From positions 1,659,839 through 1,723,838 of the forward strand of contig CAWGGG010000004.1 in NCBI GenBank assembly GCA_963822145.1: 64,000 nt of DNA, read 5' to 3'. This stretch comes from an uncultured Bacteroidales bacterium. GTDB lineage: Bacteria > Bacteroidota > Bacteroidia > Bacteroidales > UBA10428. Each line of letters opens with the position of its first letter. Position 1 is the stretch's first letter. Under the pieces are notes generated by a model. The model was not told where the DNA came from, made no database searches, and saw only the letters and a program-made list of their open reading frames with translations. The position numbers and the translations under genes are program-made. Positions 10,913 through 18,673 of this stretch are shown piece after piece.

Positions 10913-12817
10913 ATGAAACAATATCATATCGTGTTTATCCTGTTCCTTGCTTTTACCTGCACCTGGTTTTCGTGCGGCGAGGACTGGTTCGATGTTCAGC
11001 CTAAAGGGGTAATGGATCAGAACATTCTGGCAACCGAAGCAGGTATTGATGACATGCTTGTCGGCGCGTATTCGATGCTCGATGGCGTTTCAGCAAACTT
11101 TGGCTGGGAAGCCGCTTCTTCCAATTGGATTTATGGTTCTATCAGGGGGTTGGAAGCCAACAGGGGATCAGATGCAGGAGATGCAGCGGAGGATAATCCC
11201 ATTATGACATACTCTGAAGCACCGACCAATTCCTATCTGAATGCTAAATGGCGGGAGGTTTATGAAGCCATATCCAGGTGCAACCTGGCCATTATGCTGA
11301 CCAACCTGGCCCTGGAAAAAGGCACCATCACGAATGACCAGGCTGTCCTGTTCTACAAGCAGGCCAGGGTATTGCGCGGCTGGTATCATTTCGAGGCCTG
11401 GCGGATGTGGGAGATGGTACCCTATTTTGACGAGAATACTGGCGCGGACAATTTTACCAATACGGTTGACATTCGAGACAACATCCTTGCTGACCTGCAG
11501 GAGGGTATTACCTTGCCCGATAATATGGGACAGGTGGGACGTTTCAATAGCACCGTTTCCAAAGTGCTGTTGGCCAAAGCCCTCATGCAGCTCTACCACA
11601 ATTACACCGATGCCCTGCCCCTGCTGCAGGAAGTGATTACCAGCGGCACCAAGCCGGACGGTTCACCCATAGGACTTGCCCCAACCTACGGGGAAGTTTT
11701 TGATATTGAATACCGAAATGGCATTGAGGCAGTTTACACGGTTCAGTATTCCGTAAATGACGGTTCCGGCGGATGGAACGGTGGCTGGGGCGAAGTGCTG
11801 AACTTCCCTTATAAAACCAGTGCTTCTCCGGGGGGGTGTTGCGGGTTTTTCCAGCCTAACCAGGAGTTCGTGAATTCGTTCCGGACATCTGGCGGGCTGC
11901 CACTGCTGGATAACAGTTATAATGCCCCCGAAAATACCGATTTCAGGGATTTCGGCGTTACCGGTGGTGATGTCTGGGATTCAACCAAGACCTATACAAG
12001 GGATTCAGATTATAATTATTATGGCGGTAACTCAGGATGTACAGTTTATGATCCGGCCCATCCCTTCACCGACCTGGGATATGTATCGCTTATAGATAAT
12101 AATAAGGGCAATAACCCACTCACCAGTCCGGCAGCCTGGGAACTCCGCTGGATAGAGGACCATTCGCTGCCAACTGACCCGCGACTCGACTGGACCGCAG
12201 GTCGCAGAGGAATCCCATACTGGGACTGGGGTGTGCATACCGGTTCCGACTGGATCCGCGACCAGTCCTATTCCGGTCCGTACAGTCCCAAGAAGCAGGT
12301 ATATAAAAAATCGCAAGAAGGCATTTATACCGAAACCGGTAACTGGACCAGCGGATGGACCGCCAACGGCTACCGCATGATCCGGTATGCCGATGTGCTC
12401 CTGCTGTTAGCGGAATGCCAGATCGAGACCGGCAATCTCCCCGGCGCCCTGGAGAACATCAACCTGGTGCGGGCCCGGGCGGCCAATCCGGATGGCTTTG
12501 TAAAAGAAGATGACGGTGTGACCCCTGCTGCCAATTACCAGGTAGGGCTTTATCCTTCGTTCCCCGATGCCGATTATGCCCGGAATGCGCTCCGGATGGA
12601 GCGGAAACTGGAGCTCGGCATGGAAGGGCACCGGTTCTTCGACCTGAACCGGTGGGGCATTACTGTTGAAGAATTAAACCGGGCCCTGGCTTACGAAAAG
12701 ACAACGCCATGGGGTTATAAATATGGGTCCAGTATTGTTGGGCCCGAAGATGTTACCTATCCGATACCCCAGCGCCAGATCGACCAGAGTGGCGGTAAGC
12801 TGGTACAGAACCGGTAA
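10913..12817 (+). CDS. SusD/RagB-family lipoprotein (copy 2, long variable insert)
   Basis: The ORF track starts at TTG 10898, directly abutting the SusC stop. ATG 10913 gives MKQYHIVFILFLAFTCTWFSC, a lipoprotein signal. SusD body is shared with 2322-4061 and 12858-14606. Confidence 0.9.
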   Translation: MKQYHIVFILFLAFTCTWFSCGEDWFDVQPKGVMDQNILATEAGIDDMLVGAYSMLDGVSANFGWEAASSNWIYGSIRGLEANRGSDAGDAAEDNPIMTYSEAPTNSYLNAKWREVYEAISRCNLAIMLTNLALEKGTITNDQAVLFYKQARVLRGWYHFEAWRMWEMVPYFDENTGADNFTNTVDIRDNILADLQEGITLPDNMGQVGRFNSTVSKVLLAKALMQLYHNYTDALPLLQEVITSGTKPDGSPIGLAPTYGEVFDIEYRNGIEAVYTVQYSVNDGSGGWNGGWGEVLNFPYKTSASPGGCCGFFQPNQEFVNSFRTSGGLPLLDNSYNAPENTDFRDFGVTGGDVWDSTKTYTRDSDYNYYGGNSGCTVYDPAHPFTDLGYVSLIDNNKGNNPLTSPAAWELRWIEDHSLPTDPRLDWTAGRRGIPYWDWGVHTGSDWIRDQSYSGPYSPKKQVYKKSQEGIYTETGNWTSGWTANGYRMIRYADVLLLLAECQIETGNLPGALENINLVRARAANPDGFVKEDDGVTPAANYQVGLYPSFPDADYARNALRMERKLELGMEGHRFFDLNRWGITVEELNRALAYEKTTPWGYKYGSSIVGPEDVTYPIPQRQIDQSGGKLVQNR

Positions 12818-12857
12818 TTCATTCCTTTCGGGATTAATATTTCTTAATCTTGCTACA

Positions 12858-14606
12858 ATGATCCATCATTCAAGGTTTAATAAACACAGAATACGGTCGG
12901 GAAAGGTCATGCTCGTCCTGTTCCTTGCTATCAACTGGGCCTGCAATGAGGACTGGTTTGATGTTCAGCCCAAAGGGGTAATGGATCAGCACATTCTGGC
13001 AACCGAAGCAGGTATTGATGACATGCTTGTCGGAGCTTATTCCATGCTCGATGGCGTATCCTCCAGTTTCGGCTGGGAATCAGCATCATCCAACTGGGTT
13101 TATGGCTCCATACGGGGACTTGAAGCGAATAAAGGAACGGATGCAGGTGATCCGCCCGATGTCAATCCCATTCAAACCTTCACGGAAACTCCCACGAATC
13201 CTTACCTGAATGTTAAGTGGCGTGAGGTTTACGAGGCCATATCCCGGTGCAATCTCGCTATTATGCTGACCGACATGGCCCTGGAAAAAGGCACCATCAC
13301 AAACGATCAGGCTGTACTGTTCTACAAGCAGGCCAGGGTATTGCGCGGCTGGTATCATTTCGAGGCCTGGCGGATGTGGGAGATGGTACCCTATTTTGAC
13401 GAGAATACTGGCGCGGACAATTTTACCAATACGGTTGACATTCGCGACAACATCCTTGCTGACCTGCAGGAGGGTATTACCTTGCCCGATAATATGGGAC
13501 AGGTGGGACGTTTCAACAGCACCGTTTCCAAAGTGCTGTTGGCCAAAGCCCTCATGCAGCTCTACCACAATTACACCGATGCCCTGCCCCTACTGCAGGA
13601 AGTGATTACCAGCGGCACCAAGCCGGACGGTTCACCCATAGGACTTGCCCCAACCTACGGGGAAGTTTTTGATATTGAATACCGAAATGGCATTGAGGCA
13701 GTTTACACGGTTCAGTATTCCGTAAATGACGGTTCCGGCGGATGGAACGGTGGCTGGGGCGAAGTGCTGAACTTCCCTTATAAAAGCGGTGCCTCCCCGG
13801 GCGGGTGTTGCGGGTTTTACCAGCCCACGCAGGAACTGGTGAATTCATTCCGGACATCGGGCGGTTTACCGTTGCTCGACTTTTCCTACAACAATGATCC
13901 GGTAATCAGCGACCAGGGATTGGCACCTGCTGATCCCTTTACAGAAGACACCGGGCCGCTGGATCCGCGGCTCGACTGGACGGTGGGCAGAAGGGGTATT
14001 CCTTACTGGGACTGGGGTGTGCATACCGGCAGGGACTGGGTCCGGGACCAGAGCTATGCGGGTCCATACAGTCCCAAGAAACAAGTATACAAGAAATCGC
14101 AGGAAGGCATCTATACCGAAACCGGTAACTGGACCAGCGGATGGACGGCCAATGGCTACCGGATGATCCGGTATGCCGATGTGCTCCTGTTGCTGGCAGA
14201 ATGCCAGATCGAAACCGGCAATCTCCCCGGCGCCCTGGAGAACATCAACCTGGTGCGGGCCCGGGCGGCCAATCCGGATGGCTTTGTAAAAGAAGATGAC
14301 GGTGTGACCCCTGCTGCCAATTACCAGATAGGGCCTTATCCTTCGTTCCCCGATGCCGATTATGCCCGGAATGCGCTCCGGATGGAGCGGAAACTGGAGC
14401 TCGGCATGGAAGGTCACCGCTATTTCGACCTGAACCGGTGGGGCATTACCGTGGAAGAACTGAACCGGGCCCTTGACTATGAAAAATCCTCACCCTGGGG
14501 TAGCAGCATGTATGGACATGCTGTTGTGGGTCCTGAAGATGTTACCTATCCGATACCCCAGCGCCAGATCGACCAGAGTGGCGGTAAGCTGGTACAGAAC
14601 CGGTAA
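12858..14606 (+). CDS. SusD/RagB-family lipoprotein (copy 3, tandem duplicate)
   Basis: The ORF track begins at 12723, inside the previous SusD. ATG 12858 (or 12909, MLVLFLAINWAC) is the plausible start. Large blocks are near-identical in DNA to copy 2. Confidence 0.88.
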   Translation: MIHHSRFNKHRIRSGKVMLVLFLAINWACNEDWFDVQPKGVMDQHILATEAGIDDMLVGAYSMLDGVSSSFGWESASSNWVYGSIRGLEANKGTDAGDPPDVNPIQTFTETPTNPYLNVKWREVYEAISRCNLAIMLTDMALEKGTITNDQAVLFYKQARVLRGWYHFEAWRMWEMVPYFDENTGADNFTNTVDIRDNILADLQEGITLPDNMGQVGRFNSTVSKVLLAKALMQLYHNYTDALPLLQEVITSGTKPDGSPIGLAPTYGEVFDIEYRNGIEAVYTVQYSVNDGSGGWNGGWGEVLNFPYKSGASPGGCCGFYQPTQELVNSFRTSGGLPLLDFSYNNDPVISDQGLAPADPFTEDTGPLDPRLDWTVGRRGIPYWDWGVHTGRDWVRDQSYAGPYSPKKQVYKKSQEGIYTETGNWTSGWTANGYRMIRYADVLLLLAECQIETGNLPGALENINLVRARAANPDGFVKEDDGVTPAANYQIGPYPSFPDADYARNALRMERKLELGMEGHRYFDLNRWGITVEELNRALDYEKSSPWGSSMYGHAVVGPEDVTYPIPQRQIDQSGGKLVQNR

Positions 14607-15578
14607 TTACTCCATGTCATCATTACCGGCCAGGCAGGAACTGCAGGAACAATCAATCCTGTCCGCTATGTTCTGACTGAGATTCATGGCATTGATCCTT
14701 TCGGCCCTCCTGTCGGTGCATTTCCGGCAGTGCGAGAAAAGTCCGAGATCCCAGGTATCAGCAAAAATGCGACCAGCTTTAAGGCTTATACCATATTCCA
14801 GGACCATTTCCAGCGACCGGATGTCAGGAGGGATAAAATCGCCCTGCATACGCAATGCTTCCAGGGCCCCATTACCCCCCCTCACCGGTATAACGGTACA
14901 ACATTCCACGCCGGCATGGTAAGCAAAATCAATGGACCGCTCCGCCCAGTAAATACCCTGGGATTCGGATAGAAAAGGAGGGCGCAGCAAAATAAACGCC
15001 CGCGAAAGGATGTTATTCCGCGTCAGATAACTTACAGCGTTACTGAAATCCTCCAGCGTCATCCGTTTGTTGAGCCGCCTGAGTAACACGGGTTGTACGG
15101 TTTCCAGTCCTATGGCCACCTGCAACTCAGGTTTAAGCATATCCCTGAATCGCAGACATTTTTCATTGATGAAACGGGGATGGCTTTCTACAATTACCGT
15201 TTCGAAACCGCTGATCAGCGATGCGATTACCGCATAATCTTCCTCAGGAATAGCCTTTCCGTCAAAGAAGCTTCCGCTGTTGTAGAGTTTCAAATGCCGG
15301 GCCGGAGGCATCTGCTCCAGGGCCATGGCAATCTGATGGGGAATGGCACCCACCGGAACTGGTTCGTCAGTGGTATTCTTCCAGAGATCACACATCAGGC
15401 AGTGGTAGGGACACTCGCGGTTGGTGAGAAAAATAATGCCCGTATCTTCTATCTTGCCCGAAGCCGTAAGCTCCTTTTCAACCAGCCATGCATATGCTAT
15501 TTGAGGATCTACAGGGTTCTTAGGACCGCGGTGGTGCCACGATCCAACGCTCATTGATTTCTGGTCCCGGGCTTTCAC
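14607..15578 (-). CDS. Radical SAM enzyme with Cys-rich C-terminal tail
   Basis: CPYHCLMC (CX3CX2C) is encoded at 15390-15413. C-terminal tail is HCRKC...CSCSSC. A GTG start at 15578 overlaps the upstream stop (GTGA); an alternative ATG lies at 15554. Confidence 0.8.
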   Translation of the reverse strand: MKARDQKSMSVGSWHHRGPKNPVDPQIAYAWLVEKELTASGKIEDTGIIFLTNRECPYHCLMCDLWKNTTDEPVPVGAIPHQIAMALEQMPPARHLKLYNSGSFFDGKAIPEEDYAVIASLISGFETVIVESHPRFINEKCLRFRDMLKPELQVAIGLETVQPVLLRRLNKRMTLEDFSNAVSYLTRNNILSRAFILLRPPFLSESQGIYWAERSIDFAYHAGVECCTVIPVRGGNGALEALRMQGDFIPPDIRSLEMVLEYGISLKAGRIFADTWDLGLFSHCRKCTDRRAERINAMNLSQNIADRIDCSCSSCLAGNDDME

Positions 15579-16903
15579 TCATAGATGGAAAGAAACTCCT
15601 TTCTGTAGACTATTTCTTTATCGGGGAAATGACTGTTAAATGCCTTCGAAGAGGCTGCTCCATGCTGGAAGCGCCTTTTGGGGAATACCGGCATATCCAT
15701 ACCTGTGACGGCTTTAACACCCAGGGATACGATCTGCCCCTTCAATTCATAGAGCTTCTGGTGGTCCCATTTGGTAAGGTCGATATAGGGAATACCCTCT
15801 GAAATCTCAATCACGTTGGGCAGGGTATATGGGCTGAATCCTTCAAAACCAAGCATAGCCGCGGGGGCCAGGGTACGCATGTATCCCCTGCTCAATCCTC
15901 CGGAATAGGTAAGGGAATGTTTGATGCTGTTCACGCCCCAGCCTTCATGATACAGCATGAGGTTGTTGAGCACGCTCCGTATGGTAAGCTCGGGATTTTC
16001 CTCGATAGGATAATCTTTCAGGTTCTCATCGCCCCCTTCCCCGTCGATGATGTACTTCCATTCGGGGTAGCGCGACCGGATACCCTGCAGCAGGGACAGG
16101 TTCATGGTAGCTGATTGGATGTCCAGCGGCTTGTAGTCCTCAACGATTTGAATGGTTTTTTTCCAGTCGAGGGCTTCATATTCAGCCTCCACGGGTTCCA
16201 GGAACATCTCCAGGTTCAGCATTTCCAGGAATTTCCTGGCCTGGATCAGGTCCTCACCGGCACCATCGATGCTGAGCGTAAAGGCCTTCAACCTTGAAGG
16301 GCTCTCACCGAGCTCCCGCAAGGCATGATACGTAAGCAGGAATACAGAACCGCTGTCGATGCCGGCGGAAAAGGTAACTCCGACCGGTCCTGATTTGGCC
16401 CGGAATAACAACCACTTCCTGATTTCCTGGTACAGGGCTCCGATGTAGAGCTCACCTATTTTTGCCGGGTTATCCGGAGTGAATTTATTCCGTTCGGGAT
16501 TAAAGAACCGGTCGTAAACCGGGTTTGGATCCGGGCATCCCAGCAGCTCTATTCTGGTGATGTAATGGGCCGGGACCATCCGCGTATAGGAGGGATGAAA
16601 CTGGTCGTCCAGCCCTTCCTTTCTAAGATATTCATAAAGTTCATCAATGCGTTCCGCTATTACCAGGCTTGGCCCGGCGGCCCTTTTGGCGATGAAGTAA
16701 CGCAGTGGACGGCCAATGGAACGTGCCATGCGGATGGTTTTTCCATCCACTGAAACCAGAGAGAACTGTCCGTCGATCCTGCGCACAGCTGCAATATCTC
16801 CCGATTTCAAAATATTAACGGCTTCTTCATGAGACATGTTGTAAATGATGTTCTTTTCGGGATTGGTGAGATCCACCACGTTGGCTACATATTGGCTATT
16901 CAT
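15575..16903 (-). CDS. Asparagine synthetase B-like PP-loop (adenylating) enzyme lacking the glutaminase nucleophile
   Basis: SAGIDSGS PP-loop-type motif with an AsnB-like C-terminal domain. The N-terminus is MNSQY, with no Cys2 as required for class-II glutamine amidotransferase activity. Confidence 0.72.
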   Translation of the reverse strand: MNSQYVANVVDLTNPEKNIIYNMSHEEAVNILKSGDIAAVRRIDGQFSLVSVDGKTIRMARSIGRPLRYFIAKRAAGPSLVIAERIDELYEYLRKEGLDDQFHPSYTRMVPAHYITRIELLGCPDPNPVYDRFFNPERNKFTPDNPAKIGELYIGALYQEIRKWLLFRAKSGPVGVTFSAGIDSGSVFLLTYHALRELGESPSRLKAFTLSIDGAGEDLIQARKFLEMLNLEMFLEPVEAEYEALDWKKTIQIVEDYKPLDIQSATMNLSLLQGIRSRYPEWKYIIDGEGGDENLKDYPIEENPELTIRSVLNNLMLYHEGWGVNSIKHSLTYSGGLSRGYMRTLAPAAMLGFEGFSPYTLPNVIEISEGIPYIDLTKWDHQKLYELKGQIVSLGVKAVTGMDMPVFPKRRFQHGAASSKAFNSHFPDKEIVYRKEFLSIYE

Positions 16904-16961
16904 ATTGTTGTCTTTATATTTGTTTTCATTTATAAACTCCTAATACTGCCTTCAATGCACG

Positions 16962-16983
16962 CTTCAACTGCGCTCAGTGTGAC
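16962..16983. repeat. Copy of the dispersed motif (cttcaactgcgctcagtgtgac)
   Basis: Matches 40792-40813 (cttcgactccgctcagtgtgac) with 2 mismatches, plus shared flanks aatgcac... and ...tgYtgtt. It contains the stop codon of 16974-18641. Confidence 0.5.
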
Positions 16984-18641
16984 TGTGTTGTTATACCTTT
17001 GCCCTGAATAATGGCAACATATCGGTCGGCTGCAAGGTTCCTAAATACTTCCTTCACCCCGTCAGACCAGATGATCTCAAGTTGCTCCACCTCTTTTTCC
17101 TGGGCAAGACCGATGTGCAGCCGGGGGTCATTATTGGAAAGGTAACTGGTGGCCCATTGGTTGACCAACACCTGTTTCTTACCACCGGCAGTGACAATAA
17201 CTTTAGCGCCGATGGCTGAAGCAGGCCCGTCTTTGCCTTTCAGGGTAAGCCCCAGCCAGTGGTTGGCATTGCCCCCGTCATTCCTCAGTAATATGGGTGT
17301 TGCCATCAGATCAACATGAGAAACCACAATATCCAGGTCCCCGTCATTATCATAATCCCATATGGCTGCACCACGACCGGAACGCTTGGTAGTAAAATAT
17401 GTTCCCATTTCCTTCCCTGCATCCCTGAAGTGACCTTTTCCGTCATTCTCCAGCAGCAGGGGTAGCTGCAGGATGAGTTCCTCTGCAGTACCGTTTGCCG
17501 CAAAAATATCAAGATCACCATCATTGTCAAAATCCAGAAAGGCTGCCCCCCAGCTCCCCTTTCCAGCCATATAGCCGGCAATCCCGCTTATCTCAGTAAT
17601 ATCGGTGTATACACCGCTTCCCATGTTGCGGTAAAGGGCGCCATATTCCAGATCGGTTACTAATATATCCTGTCTTCCATCGCCATCCACATCCCCGATT
17701 GTCCCATGCATGGATCCCGTCCCTTTGCCCTGACTGTTGGCTGCCACACCGCTTGCCACGCCAACTTCTCTGTATACCCCGTCATCATTCCTGAATAGGA
17801 AATTCAACTGATGATCGTTAGCCTGGAAGATATCCAGATCACCATCATCATCGCTGTCAAAAACAGTGAGTCCCATACATTTGGAATCGGGATAATACAG
17901 GTCTTTCTGCCGGGTCACATCTGTGAACTTACCATTGGGTTGCTGCTCATAGAGCATCGATGCCTGTCCGTTGTATTCAGAGGGGTGCGGCATCAGATCG
18001 GGTGTTGCCGGTGATTTATAGGCGGGATCAAAAGCCAGGAAGTTACCCACCATGGCATCCAACCTGCCATCCCGGTTATAATCCCAGAATATTACCCCTA
18101 TGCTCCATTTTGTAAAGCCGTTCAGGTTCTCCGGTCCCTGCAGTCCCAATGCATTTGTAATGTCCGTGAAGGTGCCATTCCCGTTATTGCGATAAAATAC
18201 ATTGGGACCGTAGTTCAGCAGATACAAGTCCTGGTCGCCGTCATTGTCATAATCCACGGCTCCTGCAGCCATACTCCAGTGGGTATCGACGATTCCTGCT
18301 TTTGCCGATATATCCGTAAACGTTCCGTTACCATTATTTTTATAAAGCTTGTCGGTGGTGTTCTTGAATACTTTCCCCTCAGGATCGGAAATGCCTTCCA
18401 GGTAGGTTCCGTTCATCATGAACAGGTCCATCAGCCCGTCGTTGTTATAATCGAATACTGTGATCCCCGATCCGCTGCTTTCGAGAATATTCTTATAGGA
18501 ATGATCGCCGAAGGTGTACCTGAAATTAATGCCGGCCTGTTTGGTCACATCGGTAAACGTTATGCTTTTCTTCTGCGCTCGGGATATTGCCGGAACCCAT
18601 AACAGGCAAATAATATTTATTAAAACAATCAACTTCTTCAT
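16974..18641 (-). CDS. FG-GAP/VCBS + ASPIC/UnbV protein (CRTAC1-like), 555 aa, secreted
   Basis: Signal peptide. Repeats DYNNDGLMDLF, DYDNDGDQDLY, DSDDDGDLDIF, DFDNDGDLDIF. C-terminal UnbV/ASPIC signature (IGAKVIVTAGGKKQ...YLSNNDPRLHIGL...LEIIWSDG). Confidence 0.85.
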   Translation of the reverse strand: MKKLIVLINIICLLWVPAISRAQKKSITFTDVTKQAGINFRYTFGDHSYKNILESSGSGITVFDYNNDGLMDLFMMNGTYLEGISDPEGKVFKNTTDKLYKNNGNGTFTDISAKAGIVDTHWSMAAGAVDYDNDGDQDLYLLNYGPNVFYRNNGNGTFTDITNALGLQGPENLNGFTKWSIGVIFWDYNRDGRLDAMVGNFLAFDPAYKSPATPDLMPHPSEYNGQASMLYEQQPNGKFTDVTRQKDLYYPDSKCMGLTVFDSDDDGDLDIFQANDHQLNFLFRNDDGVYREVGVASGVAANSQGKGTGSMHGTIGDVDGDGRQDILVTDLEYGALYRNMGSGVYTDITEISGIAGYMAGKGSWGAAFLDFDNDGDLDIFAANGTAEELILQLPLLLENDGKGHFRDAGKEMGTYFTTKRSGRGAAIWDYDNDGDLDIVVSHVDLMATPILLRNDGGNANHWLGLTLKGKDGPASAIGAKVIVTAGGKKQVLVNQWATSYLSNNDPRLHIGLAQEKEVEQLEIIWSDGVKEVFRNLAADRYVAIIQGKGITTQSH

Positions 18642-18673
18642 AAATCCATTGCATTGGAAGCAGTTTCAGCACT

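Noticed and set aside
12723-12857. The ORF-track start of the third SusD at 12723, giving a 45-aa N-terminal extension overlapping the previous SusD.
   Set aside because: The extension is the out-of-frame read of the previous gene's conserved 3' end. ATG 12858 or 12909 precedes a proper lipoprotein signal, as in the paralogues.
14607-16903. AsnB-like enzyme plus radical SAM as a RiPP or lasso-peptide gene cluster.
   Set aside because: The window shows no small precursor-peptide ORF next to the pair, no transglutaminase-like leader protease and no exporter. The 70-nt and 0-nt flanking gaps leave no room for one. Kept only as an unassigned modification cassette.
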